A model generated the notes under the pieces. The model saw only the letters and a program-made list of their open reading frames with translations. It searched no databases and was not told where the DNA came from. 64,000 bases of DNA from an uncultured Bdellovibrionales bacterium (lineage in GTDB: Bacteria > Patescibacteriota > Minisyncoccia > Moranbacterales > UBA1568), in contig CAZCNN010000001.1 in assembly GCA_964500505.1 (NCBI GenBank), positions 205,056 through 269,055 of the forward strand, written 5' to 3'. This document shows positions 8,315 through 18,352 of this stretch, one piece after another. Made by a program: the position numbers and the translations under genes. How positions within the stretch are numbered: the stretch's first letter is position 1; every line of letters starts with the position of its first letter.

Positions 8315-11300
8315 CTAGTACTTTCCTAGGGTGACTTCAACCATTTGAGCGAGAGAAATCCGCAGATCTCTCCCCTTTTGCAAATCAGCCAGCTGTTGTC
8401 CAACTATTTCCCTTATGTCACGCACCAGAACTTCAGACGTTACCAAGCCTTCGGTAATGTACTCTTGTGCTTCCTCACTTCTCACCACAGCTTCTGGTAC
8501 GTCATCCCACAATGCTCGAAATTTTTCCGCCCAGTCCTTATCATACCCCACTACCATGTAGTGCAGGTTAGCCTTCATGAGAGCGTTGACCGAATCACGC
8601 ATGCTCCCAATATACCCCCGTACTACCGCTGGCTTTTCATCGCTCTCAACTTCTTTCAGCAAATCTTTCAACTCTCGCCGCAATTCTTTTCTTTTCATCA
8701 CCCGTTCTGCCGCCTCTTGTGCCTTGGTCTTTATCTTAGTGACCGGCTCCGCCAAAATCGGGGTCGCCGCAGCAAACACGCTCTCCAATACTGTCTCAAG
8801 GTAACCCACTTCCCCATGGAGCTCTGCTCGAATCTCTGGTGTCATTTCCATCTCTACCACTTGTGGCTTGATTTCTTTTTTCTTGATTGATACTGGCGAT
8901 TGCTTCGTCTCTGGCGCATTGGCAGGCTTGTTCTTCTCCACCTTCAGCATCTCAAAGGCTGCCGCCAATGACCCCTTGGTAACTACCCCGTTAACACGGA
9001 CAGTTTCACGAACTTCTTCCAGAATCTTGAGAGCAAGCTCCGGATCTACGGGTCTACTCAAAAAATGGCGTGAACGGCCCACTAGATGTTCTCGCCCAAT
9101 CCTGAGTTTCGACTCTATATCCAAGTAAAAAGCAGATAATTTCCCTCCGCGCACACCCGAAGCGGCAGCCAAGAGTCCCGGTTCTTCTTTATCATACAGC
9201 GCTTGCACTTCCTGAACCCTCTCTTCTTTTTCTCGGGCCTGTTGTTGCTGACGAGCTTCTTCTGCCCGAACGTAGGCTAATTGTTTTTCTTTCAGAAGGC
9301 GCTGAATACCTTGCGTGGTTTCGGAGATCATTCGCATGATTTCACTGCCCTGCTCATCACTGTGAACTTCGAGCTGCAGCTGTTCCTGGCACCATTTCAC
9401 TTGTCCTATGACCATTTCGAATTCTTCCGATGTGAAGCCAAGTTTCTCGCTCTGGTACCGGCGTGACTCCATATCAGATAACATGGACATCAGTTTCTTC
9501 CCGGTACTCCGATATTCGTTCTGCATTTGGAAAGAAAGAACAGGATTTCCGAGAATGGCTCTCAATTTCTCCAGTGATGTACTCGTATGCCACTCTGATT
9601 CCAGATACATTTTTAAGAGGAGTGGTTTTCGAGCTCCCTCTGGACCAACTTCAAAACGTGTCTCGATAGGAATCGCAGAGAAGTCCACTGGAAACAGTTG
9701 TATGGATGCTCCGAATCGCTCTGGGATGCCGCGATCGCTATCTCCGGCATGCGCTTCATACCGCACTTCTCTTTGCCTACCATTCACTTCGATCGATTCC
9801 GGATAATCACGCTCAATGCGTGCCATCATTTCATCAGGGCAAAAGTCCTGAATATCCATTCGTAAAAAATCACCGAGTCTCTGTACTTCACTCAGGGTCT
9901 GCGCATTGCCCAATCGACTGACATACCACTCCACCATATCAGGCATAGGCACAAGACCCTGAGACCTCACTCGTAACTCTTTCAACGTAGCTATGACTTT
10001 GTCATTTTCCCATGGAAATTGTAGTCGGACACCAGCGTTAAGGATAGTGCCGGGATTATAAGCAAGAGCCTCTGCCAACTTCCTAGTCGCTTGTTCGCCC
10101 TCAAGGGGTACTCCCGCCACCCCTAAATACTCCTCGCGATACTCTCCTCTTGGCAGAGAGTAATCTACCATCTGTACGGCCCGACCCAGGGAAAAGTCGA
10201 ATTCTATTTCTGATCTTGGCACTGCCTTGAGCTTATCTCCCATCAGCCGCACCACATCTTCTATCGAGGCCGGGTGAATCAGCGAGGCATAGTTCCGCTT
10301 GATCTTGCCACCAAACGCCTTCCCTTGGCCTTCAGTGATACTCCCAGCAATACAAAAGGCTGGCGGATGAGTAAAGGCGCTCGATTCAGGTGAAAAATTT
10401 ACTTCTTGATACCCATCTTTTTGCAATCGCCTGTACGAAGGAAGTCGCGATTCCGGATCACGGATCAATAACCGTTCTTGGTAACCAGCTAGGATAGAAG
10501 CATTGAGAGCACCCGGGTCAGTGTGGCGCAATCTATCCTCGAGCTCAAAACGGTCGAAATTGATACCAGCTTCCCGACTGAAATCATACATCCGATAAGC
10601 GACATGTCTGATCGCTTCCGCGTTGAGGTGGTACATCCGGCACCAATCCTTGAAGTCACGCATCGCTCGCTTCACTTCCGGCCGACGATCGTCTCCCAAG
10701 CACTCGAACACCCCGGCATCCATGGCCTGGATAAAAATATTGAGACGTTTGGCCCAGTCGGAGCCATCTTGTTCAAACCCTACCTGTTCTCGCGCTATCG
10801 CCTCCCGAGCATTGATTTTCTGTTCTTCTTTGGTATAGCCCGCTGCCCTATTCAGTTCTTCAGCCGTAGGATACATGAACAACTTCTGCTCCCGCGCAAA
10901 CAAAGCCAGGACAAGAGCGGCATCTGGGCAGCCTCTTTCTTCTGCTTCCACCAGCATCCGGGCATCTTCCGGCTTGAAAGGAATTTCAAGCATTCGTTCC
11001 CCTATCTCTGTGACGTTCCCATCGGCGTCCAAGGCACCGAGAATCCTCAATTGCTCGACACCGGCGTGCAGCGCTTCTTTATTGGGTTGTACAAAAAAAG
11101 GAAAGGTCTCCGGGTCACGACCGTGGCCACGCAAGCGCAGAATAAGATGGGCAAGGTTCGTGCGTTCGATCTCGGTCACCGCATGTTTCGGCAATTTGTC
11201 GAATTCTTCTTGGGTCAAGATTCGAAAGCAGGTACCAGCTTCTACACGTCCAGCTCGACCGGCTCGCTGTTCTGCTTCTTCTTGAGAAATGAGCTCTGTC

Positions 11301-12412
11301 ACTTTACGAGAAATTCCCGCCACAGGATCGTAGCGCATCGCATACTTACGGCAAGAGTCAACAACTACCGTGACGTTCGGCACCGTCACCGAGGTTTCCG
11401 CTACGTTCGTTGATACGATAACCCGTCTTTTCGCCTGGGCACTCTTTTCACCAGAAAGAGCCAGGTTACGTTGATCGAAAGAAAGCCCGCCGTGAAGCGG
11501 CAATACTTCTATGTCCTCGATATCAGACAGGCGCTCGATACAATCATCAATTTCTCTGGCTCCCGGCAAAAAAACCAGAATATCCCCTTCTTGCTCTCTC
11601 TGGATAGCCTCCTTGACCCGATTGGCTGTCTGTTCCAAATAGGCCGTCCTCTCGGCTTGTGGCCGATAGAGATCGTCGCGTGATGCCTCGGCAAGATAGT
11701 GTTTGTCTACTGGAAATGTCCGACCCTCTACCCTCATGAAGTCCTTGTCATCAAAATCAAAGAACTTCTGGAACTTCTCCGGATCGACGGTAGCACTGGT
11801 GAGAAAAATAAAGGGTGCTTTGCCTTCGGTTCGTAATTCTTTGAGCAACCCAAAGACATAGTGATAGTCAATCGACCCTTCGTGGACTTCGTCCAAAATT
11901 ATGGCCCCAGTATTTGAATTATCTACGGTGCCATTAAAGAGATAACGTGGGAGAATCCCGGATGTCACTACACGTACCGGCGTGTCACGATCCACCATTT
12001 TCGTTTCCGAAGTCGAATATCCGACGTCTCTCCCGAGTGCTCCTTCCGTCACTGCGCAGTGTGCTTCTGCCACGCCTTTGGCCGCATCCTTCCGAGGTTG
12101 CAAAATAATAATCTTGTCTGGCAATCCCAATTTTTTCAGTACATTCCGGACTGCAACTGGCGAATATATAGACTTCCCAGATCCGGTCTCTCCTAACAAA
12201 AGAAACATGCCACTCCGAGCCATAGCCTCCTCTACTCGTGTCTCCACCTCTTCCAGACGGGAACGAATAGGGAGATCATGAGACTCTATTTTTTTCTTGA
12301 GTAACCGAAGACGCGTTTCTGGAATGTCTTCCGAAACGACCTTATCTTCTTCATCAGACAAAGCCTGCTGCTCAGCCACTTGAATTTTATGCCAGTATTC
12401 TTCGTTTTGCAT
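8315..12412 (-). CDS. HrpA/HrpB-like DEAH-box helicase with long C-terminal extension
   Basis: GETGSGKS, QPR, DEVH, SAT, STNVAETSVT and QRAGRAGR motifs; HA2-like region. Confidence 0.85.
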   Translation of the reverse strand: MQNEEYWHKIQVAEQQALSDEEDKVVSEDIPETRLRLLKKKIESHDLPIRSRLEEVETRVEEAMARSGMFLLLGETGSGKSIYSPVAVRNVLKKLGLPDKIIILQPRKDAAKGVAEAHCAVTEGALGRDVGYSTSETKMVDRDTPVRVVTSGILPRYLFNGTVDNSNTGAIILDEVHEGSIDYHYVFGLLKELRTEGKAPFIFLTSATVDPEKFQKFFDFDDKDFMRVEGRTFPVDKHYLAEASRDDLYRPQAERTAYLEQTANRVKEAIQREQEGDILVFLPGAREIDDCIERLSDIEDIEVLPLHGGLSFDQRNLALSGEKSAQAKRRVIVSTNVAETSVTVPNVTVVVDSCRKYAMRYDPVAGISRKVTELISQEEAEQRAGRAGRVEAGTCFRILTQEEFDKLPKHAVTEIERTNLAHLILRLRGHGRDPETFPFFVQPNKEALHAGVEQLRILGALDADGNVTEIGERMLEIPFKPEDARMLVEAEERGCPDAALVLALFAREQKLFMYPTAEELNRAAGYTKEEQKINAREAIAREQVGFEQDGSDWAKRLNIFIQAMDAGVFECLGDDRRPEVKRAMRDFKDWCRMYHLNAEAIRHVAYRMYDFSREAGINFDRFELEDRLRHTDPGALNASILAGYQERLLIRDPESRLPSYRRLQKDGYQEVNFSPESSAFTHPPAFCIAGSITEGQGKAFGGKIKRNYASLIHPASIEDVVRLMGDKLKAVPRSEIEFDFSLGRAVQMVDYSLPRGEYREEYLGVAGVPLEGEQATRKLAEALAYNPGTILNAGVRLQFPWENDKVIATLKELRVRSQGLVPMPDMVEWYVSRLGNAQTLSEVQRLGDFLRMDIQDFCPDEMMARIERDYPESIEVNGRQREVRYEAHAGDSDRGIPERFGASIQLFPVDFSAIPIETRFEVGPEGARKPLLLKMYLESEWHTSTSLEKLRAILGNPVLSFQMQNEYRSTGKKLMSMLSDMESRRYQSEKLGFTSEEFEMVIGQVKWCQEQLQLEVHSDEQGSEIMRMISETTQGIQRLLKEKQLAYVRAEEARQQQQAREKEERVQEVQALYDKEEPGLLAAASGVRGGKLSAFYLDIESKLRIGREHLVGRSRHFLSRPVDPELALKILEEVRETVRVNGVVTKGSLAAAFEMLKVEKNKPANAPETKQSPVSIKKKEIKPQVVEMEMTPEIRAELHGEVGYLETVLESVFAAATPILAEPVTKIKTKAQEAAERVMKRKELRRELKDLLKEVESDEKPAVVRGYIGSMRDSVNALMKANLHYMVVGYDKDWAEKFRALWDDVPEAVVRSEEAQEYITEGLVTSEVLVRDIREIVGQQLADLQKGRDLRISLAQMVEVTLGKY

Positions 12413-12418
12413 AGATCG

Positions 12419-13012
12419 TTATCGCAAGACCATACCATTCCACGTGACCGTCTTGCGCAAGGCAACTAAATAATTCACCGTAAGCAACGCTGGCAAAAGA
12501 GGAATGACTCCCTCTAAAGAAACTTCTTGCTTATCTTCCGTCAGAATATCAAACAACTCTATAAGGGCACGCTCGCTCGCCTTGGGACAGCGTTGCTTGA
12601 CGTTCTCCCACACCGAAACGATATCAATGACTCCCTCATTGAAAGAAACTTCTTTTGCAAGCCCCTCCACTTGTTCTATTTCTTCTTGGGATAACTCGAG
12701 AATTTCCTTGACCCACACTGGTCTTAATTTTTCATCCCACGCATAGATAGAGAAAACCACTACCCCGACAGTCTCTAGTTCTGGACGATAACAGATTTCT
12801 GGTACGGTTCGGCGCAACCAAAGAAAAAAGAAGAGGGCGGAAAAGAAATCAGCTGTCTCTCGGAGCTCTACTGCATCATGGACTTGACCGCCCGTAAAAG
12901 ACGAAAAAATCTCCGAGCATTGCTCCGTTTGAGTAGGTAACAATAGCGGCAACGAAGATAGTGCAATCACTCTGTACGAAAGCAATTCTTCGCCTGTATC
13001 AGGCGTTCCCAT
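12419..13012 (-). CDS. Hypothetical protein
   Basis: 197-aa ORF filling the gap between pheT and the helicase; TAGAAT 6 nt upstream of ATG. Confidence 0.6.
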   Translation of the reverse strand: MGTPDTGEELLSYRVIALSSLPLLLPTQTEQCSEIFSSFTGGQVHDAVELRETADFFSALFFFLWLRRTVPEICYRPELETVGVVVFSIYAWDEKLRPVWVKEILELSQEEIEQVEGLAKEVSFNEGVIDIVSVWENVKQRCPKASERALIELFDILTEDKQEVSLEGVIPLLPALLTVNYLVALRKTVTWNGMVLR

Positions 13013-13059
13013 GCCCTCATTCTACCACAATTCTCTGGGTTTTTTCTCTATCGAAAAAA

Positions 13060-15453
13060 TCACGCTGTGCGGAGGCGACCGCCGTGTTCGCCCGCGAGGG
13101 CGACGATGCGGTCAAAAGCCTCGTCCATCTCAGCACCTGAGAGTGTCCGGTCCGAGGCACCAAACGAGAGGTGAAAAGCAAAACTCTTTTCGTCACCCTG
13201 CTCATAGATATCAAAGAGGTCTGTATTTTGGAGGAGTGGCGCGCCTGCTTCGGACAACAGCCGTTCGACTTCGCTCACGGTCATACTCCGAGGAAAGGTA
13301 AGTGAAATATCACGGAGGGCGTATGGGAATTTCTGAAGTGGCACAAAAGTGGTTTCAAGCGTTTGAAGTGCTTGGAGTTCGGATGTGACAAAGCCCGCGA
13401 CCGACACACGACCATCGAGGCCGAATGATTTCTCTACTGCTGGATGGATTTCCCCAATCATGCCGATGACTCGGCCATCGACGACATAACAGGCACTGCG
13501 TGATGGATGAAGGAGTGCCAACACAGGCACTTCGAGATGGCCTGCTCCTGCTTCGAGCGTTACCCGACCCACATCGATATGGAGTGCCTCAAGCATCGCC
13601 TCGACTTTGCCCTTGAGAGCGTAGAATCCACTCCCTTTATCATGGCGTTTAGCAGACACTGACAAGAGTGAGAGGGCTGATATTTCTACTGGTCGCTTGG
13701 TCTTTGCTTCTTTGGCATAAACCTTACCCCATTCAAAACAGTCAAAGCTCTCAAAATGACGTCGATTCTCCACGGCTTTACGAAGATGGAGTGGCACCAG
13801 TGACAGACGGAGATACTTTTGGTCAGGATTCAAGGGATTCTCGAGCTCAAGATGTGCATCAAGTGGGAGGCGAGTCGCCATGATGTCCTTGTCGCCATAG
13901 AAAGAATAGGTCATGAGCTCATCAAAGCCCGCTGACACCAGATACTCTTTGGTCGATCGTTCGAGGCGCTTCTCAGGATTCGCAGGACTGGCGGTGAGTG
14001 GGAGACGTGGAGCAGTCGCCTCGATACCATCGTACCCGTGCATCCGACCGATTTCTTCAATGAGATCCCACTCATCACGGAGGTCTGGCCGACGCGTCGG
14101 GACCGTCACCATCAGGATATCAGCACTCGCTACCTTTTTGACCTTGAGTCCGAGGAGCGCCAAGTGCTGGACCACCTGAAAGACAGGGAGCTTCACTCCC
14201 AAGACATTACTCACCCGATTAAGCGACAGAGTGATTTTGGTAGGGAGCGCCTCTTTTGGGTAGACATCACGCATCCCGATAATCTTGCCACCAGAAAGAG
14301 TCGGGAGGAGAGCAGCCGCTTCGCGGAGTGCTTCACCCACGAGATTCGGATCGAGATTACGTTCAAAACGATAGCTCGCATCGGTCGGGAGATTGTGGCG
14401 ATTCTTGGTCCGACGGACAGATGAGCCACTAAAGTTGGCCACTTCCAAAAAGATATTCTTGGTTTCGGCCGTCACGGCGGAAAATTGCCCTCCCATGACC
14501 CCGGCGAGCGCGAGCGCATGTTTGGTATCGGCAATCACGAGATCATCGTCCGAGAGCTTCTTGGTCTCACCGTTCAGAATCGTCAGCTTCTCATTTTTCT
14601 TGGCGCGTCGTACCGTGATGGCGCCAGCAATTTTGTCTGCATCAAAAGCATGCATCGGCTGGCCCGTGAGGAGCATCAGGTAGTTGGTCACATCCACGAT
14701 GTTGTTGATGGGACGGAGTCCCGACACAATGAGACGCACCTTGAGCCAAAGTGGAGACTCGCCGACCGTCACTCCGCGGACGAGGAGCCCGGCATAGCGC
14801 GGACAACTTATTTTATCAGCAATGATTACTTTCGGCGCGCGATTGGAGGCAGGTACTTTGACTGGTTTGAGTGATTTCTCACCAAAGCTCGGCGCATAGC
14901 CATCAAGGGCCGCGATCTCCCGGGCCAAGCCCTGATAGGCGAGTGCATCTGATCCCCGATCTGGGAGTATCTTGACTTCGATGATACTATCATCCAACCC
15001 AACATATTTCACAAACGAAGCGCCCACTGGAGCATCTTCATCCAAAACGAGGATACTCTTGTGCTCCGTGGCGAGTCCGAGTTCATCCGCACCACAAATC
15101 ATGCCCTGAGACTTGACCCCCCGCAACGTCGCTTCTTTGATCTGTATACCTCCCGGAAGCGTAGCGCCCGGTAAAACGACGGCTACTTTCTGGCCCTTAG
15201 CGATATTGGGGGCACCACAGACAATTGTTCGGATATCTTTCTTGCCGACCTCTACTTCTGCAACACGCAATTTATCTGCGTCGGGATGCTGTGCGAGTGT
15301 GACCACTCGCCCAATAATAACGTCATCGAGTCCATGAGCGAATTTTTCGATGCCCTCCACTTCAAAGGCATGGATCATAAGGAGGCGTGCCAATTGTTCG
15401 GCACTCTTCTTGGTTCCAGATAGTTCTTTGAGGAAGCGATAACTATATTTCAT
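13060..15453 (-). CDS. pheT: Phenylalanine--tRNA ligase beta subunit
   Basis: HPDADKL, IVCGAPN, B3/4, B5 and FDX-ACB domains. Confidence 0.97.
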   Translation of the reverse strand: MKYSYRFLKELSGTKKSAEQLARLLMIHAFEVEGIEKFAHGLDDVIIGRVVTLAQHPDADKLRVAEVEVGKKDIRTIVCGAPNIAKGQKVAVVLPGATLPGGIQIKEATLRGVKSQGMICGADELGLATEHKSILVLDEDAPVGASFVKYVGLDDSIIEVKILPDRGSDALAYQGLAREIAALDGYAPSFGEKSLKPVKVPASNRAPKVIIADKISCPRYAGLLVRGVTVGESPLWLKVRLIVSGLRPINNIVDVTNYLMLLTGQPMHAFDADKIAGAITVRRAKKNEKLTILNGETKKLSDDDLVIADTKHALALAGVMGGQFSAVTAETKNIFLEVANFSGSSVRRTKNRHNLPTDASYRFERNLDPNLVGEALREAAALLPTLSGGKIIGMRDVYPKEALPTKITLSLNRVSNVLGVKLPVFQVVQHLALLGLKVKKVASADILMVTVPTRRPDLRDEWDLIEEIGRMHGYDGIEATAPRLPLTASPANPEKRLERSTKEYLVSAGFDELMTYSFYGDKDIMATRLPLDAHLELENPLNPDQKYLRLSLVPLHLRKAVENRRHFESFDCFEWGKVYAKEAKTKRPVEISALSLLSVSAKRHDKGSGFYALKGKVEAMLEALHIDVGRVTLEAGAGHLEVPVLALLHPSRSACYVVDGRVIGMIGEIHPAVEKSFGLDGRVSVAGFVTSELQALQTLETTFVPLQKFPYALRDISLTFPRSMTVSEVERLLSEAGAPLLQNTDLFDIYEQGDEKSFAFHLSFGASDRTLSGAEMDEAFDRIVALAGEHGGRLRTA

Positions 15454-15456
15454 AGA

Positions 15457-16494
15457 CTAGAATTGGCGAATGAAACGGAGGTCACCAGAGAGAAAAAGGC
15501 GGTTGTCATTGATACCATACTTCATCATAGCCATGCGACCGACACCAAAACCCCACGCGAAGCCCTGGTACACTCCCCGCTTGTAACCAGCTGCCTCAAG
15601 CACGTGCTGGTTGACCATACCGGCTCCGCCGAGCTCGATCCAACCACCTTGCTTGCACGTAGCGCATCCGGCTCCATCACACAGGATACAGCTGATATCG
15701 AATTCAAACGACGGTTCGGTAAACGGGAAAAAGCTCGGACGCAAACGAATACGGACTTTCTCACCAAAAAATTTGCTAAAAAATTCTTCCGCCACATGCT
15801 TAAACGTAGCCACCGTCACCTCGCCCTCGACATCCACCATGAGACATTCAAACTGATAGAATGTGTGCTCATGCGTCGCATCAGTCGCTTCGTTACGAAA
15901 GACTCGACCCGGAACAATGACCCGGAGCGGTGGTTTGTGCGTCTCCATGTACCGCACCTGGACACCAGACGTATGCGTACGTGGTAGGTAGCGATCTGTG
16001 GATTTCTTGTCACTCTTCACCCAAAACGTATCCTGCATGTCGCGCGAGGGATGATCCTTGGGGAAGTTGAGCGCGTCAAAGTTGTAGTGCTCCGTCTCTA
16101 CCTCTGGACCAGAAGCAATATCAAATCCCATCGAAGTAAAGATGTCTTCGATTTCGTGCTCGACTCGTGTGAGCGGATTGAGGTGCCCGACGCGGGTCAC
16201 TCGGCCCGGGGCCGTGATGTCGATACCCTCGGCCTGCCAGTCCACACTCTTTTCGAGCAGTTCCTTTTTCTTGGCATCGAACAAGGCGATAAGCTTTTGC
16301 TTGGTACTGTTCCCGAGCGGTCCGACGACTTTCTTGTCTTCTGGTGACAGATCACGGAGTCCCTTAAGCAAGGTATTGAGCTCGCTTTTTCGACCCAAAT
16401 ACTCAATTTCCCAAGCCTCTAGCTCCGGTAGCGTCGCAAGGGTAGCGAGCGCCGCCTCCCCTGCCTGACCAATTTTTTCAATCTGTTCTTTCAT
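15457..16494 (-). CDS. pheS: Phenylalanine--tRNA ligase alpha subunit
   Basis: HPSRDMQDTF, RTHTS, FFPFTEPS, GFAWGFG. Confidence 0.97.
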   Translation of the reverse strand: MKEQIEKIGQAGEAALATLATLPELEAWEIEYLGRKSELNTLLKGLRDLSPEDKKVVGPLGNSTKQKLIALFDAKKKELLEKSVDWQAEGIDITAPGRVTRVGHLNPLTRVEHEIEDIFTSMGFDIASGPEVETEHYNFDALNFPKDHPSRDMQDTFWVKSDKKSTDRYLPRTHTSGVQVRYMETHKPPLRVIVPGRVFRNEATDATHEHTFYQFECLMVDVEGEVTVATFKHVAEEFFSKFFGEKVRIRLRPSFFPFTEPSFEFDISCILCDGAGCATCKQGGWIELGGAGMVNQHVLEAAGYKRGVYQGFAWGFGVGRMAMMKYGINDNRLFLSGDLRFIRQF

Positions 16495-16532
16495 GTTCGT
16501 ATTCTACCCAATTTTTCCCGTTTTGACTAAAA

Positions 16533-17981
16533 TTAGTCATTAAACACAATTCTCACCATGTAATTTTTTCCAACGCTCATCACTTTTCCATTATCATTTG
16601 TACCCACTTCATACTGCCAATCAAGAATTCTTTCCCCATCAATTTCAACCCCACCCTGTTCAATCTTGCGACGGGCATCGGACTTGCTTGTTGCAAAGCC
16701 CTGGTTAAATATGAATTCAGAAAGTTGAGCGGGTGGCCCTTGTGAAGGACTCACATTTTCTGGAATCTCTCCAGCAGACTTGGCCTCATAGAATTTCTTT
16801 GCATCTTCTGACGCAGAAGCACTATGATACATCGTTACAATCTCCTGAGCCAAACGCATCTTGATGGCTCGAACATTACCACCTGTTACTATGTCCTCGG
16901 CAATTTTAGCTATTTCTTCCATCGATAAATCAGTGCAGAGCTCGAAGTAATTCATTACTGATGTATCCGGCAAAGACATCACCTTTAAGAACATCGAATT
17001 CGGTTCATCAGTGATACCAATGTAATTATCCAGACTCTTACTCATTTTTTCCTTACCATCTGTCCCTTCCAATAATTTAAATGCCAGGACCGATTGTTCA
17101 GCCATTTTAGGCGTTTCCTTAGACATCAAGTCTCTACCGACGAGCATATTGAAAGTTTGATCTGTTCCCCCGACTTCCAAATCACAGCTACCATAAATCT
17201 TCGCTAGAGCAATAGAATCCACCCCCTGAAGAACTGGATATAACATCTCATGCATGTACAGCGGTTCACTCTTGTCAATTCTATCCTGAAACATATCACG
17301 TTCTATTAATCTAGAGTGCGTGATATGTCTCAGATTGAACATCAAGTTTATTAAAGTAATAAACTGAGTTTCTGGCTTCTTCAAAAACACATTCTGCATG
17401 CGAGTATTTTGCAGTAGGATAGCCTTCGAAACCAATGAGTTAGGATTATCTTCAATCTGAACTCCACCCTTCTCAATCACCGATTTTACATTTGCAAGAT
17501 TTTCTTTACCAATTTGTCTTGCGACATCGACATCAGCAGGCGAAGCATACCAGTCCATATTTCTAATCCAGCTGAAACTATGGCCATGCAAAATATTGCC
17601 AGCGTTATCTTTTTCGACAGTTAGAATCTTATCTATTTGCTTTAAATACGTAATCACGTTTTTTTCTACTTCCTGCTGGTCAAGCTCTGGTCTAACTTTA
17701 CTTTTCCCAGTCGGATCACCAATCATTGCAGTAAAATCACCTACCAAAAAAATCACCTTACACCCTAAGTTCTGAAATTCGCGCAATTTCCGAAAACATA
17801 CCGCATGTCCAAGATGAATATCGGGACGAGTGGGATCGACGCCGTACTTGATAACAATATCCTTGTCGTATTTCCCGTTATTCTTATCTATGAGTTTTTG
17901 GCGAAACGAACCATCTGGGTCGATGAATTCACCTACCCCGCGACTCAATACTTCGTCAATCTTTTTCTCTATATCTTGCAT
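16533..17981 (-). CDS. tyrS: Tyrosine--tRNA ligase
   Basis: HLGH (HIGH), KMSKS, GGTDQ, C-terminal S4 domain. Confidence 0.95.
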   Translation of the reverse strand: MQDIEKKIDEVLSRGVGEFIDPDGSFRQKLIDKNNGKYDKDIVIKYGVDPTRPDIHLGHAVCFRKLREFQNLGCKVIFLVGDFTAMIGDPTGKSKVRPELDQQEVEKNVITYLKQIDKILTVEKDNAGNILHGHSFSWIRNMDWYASPADVDVARQIGKENLANVKSVIEKGGVQIEDNPNSLVSKAILLQNTRMQNVFLKKPETQFITLINLMFNLRHITHSRLIERDMFQDRIDKSEPLYMHEMLYPVLQGVDSIALAKIYGSCDLEVGGTDQTFNMLVGRDLMSKETPKMAEQSVLAFKLLEGTDGKEKMSKSLDNYIGITDEPNSMFLKVMSLPDTSVMNYFELCTDLSMEEIAKIAEDIVTGGNVRAIKMRLAQEIVTMYHSASASEDAKKFYEAKSAGEIPENVSPSQGPPAQLSEFIFNQGFATSKSDARRKIEQGGVEIDGERILDWQYEVGTNDNGKVMSVGKNYMVRIVFND

Positions 17982-17991
17982 AGATATTTTC

Positions 17992-18282
17992 TTATTTCAA
18001 ACCAAATCGGGCCTTGGCCAGGCGGTACTGGTCATCAGACATTTGGCCCGCTTTGCGCATGGCTTCGAGCGAAGCAAGGATTTCACCCTTGTGCTTTTCG
18101 ATATTCTTGGGGGTCATGGCCTTGCGGAGGGTCTTCTCGCGTTCGGCAGGACTCATGTTCATGAGGCGCTTCATCGCAAAACGCTGGAGCATGTTCATGT
18201 CCTTGGTATCCGGCATACCGGGGATATTCGCCATGTCTTCTTTCTTTTCTTCTTCGTCTTTTTTACTAAAGGGATTCCACAT
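17992..18282 (-). CDS. Small Met/Lys-rich hypothetical protein
   Basis: 96-aa ORF between secF and tyrS; C-terminal GQMSDDQY...K resembles SHOCT. Confidence 0.7.
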   Translation of the reverse strand: MWNPFSKKDEEEKKEDMANIPGMPDTKDMNMLQRFAMKRLMNMSPAEREKTLRKAMTPKNIEKHKGEILASLEAMRKAGQMSDDQYRLAKARFGLK

Positions 18283-18288
18283 AATTTT

Positions 18289-18322
18289 GAAGTATTAAGG
18301 AGTATGTAGTAAGTAGTATGAG
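18289..18322. repeat. Short heptamer-periodic tract
   Basis: AGGAGTA TGTAGTA AGTAGTA units. Confidence 0.4.
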
Positions 18323-18352
18323 TTGCTCAATCTTTTACTTGTTCCTCGCTGC

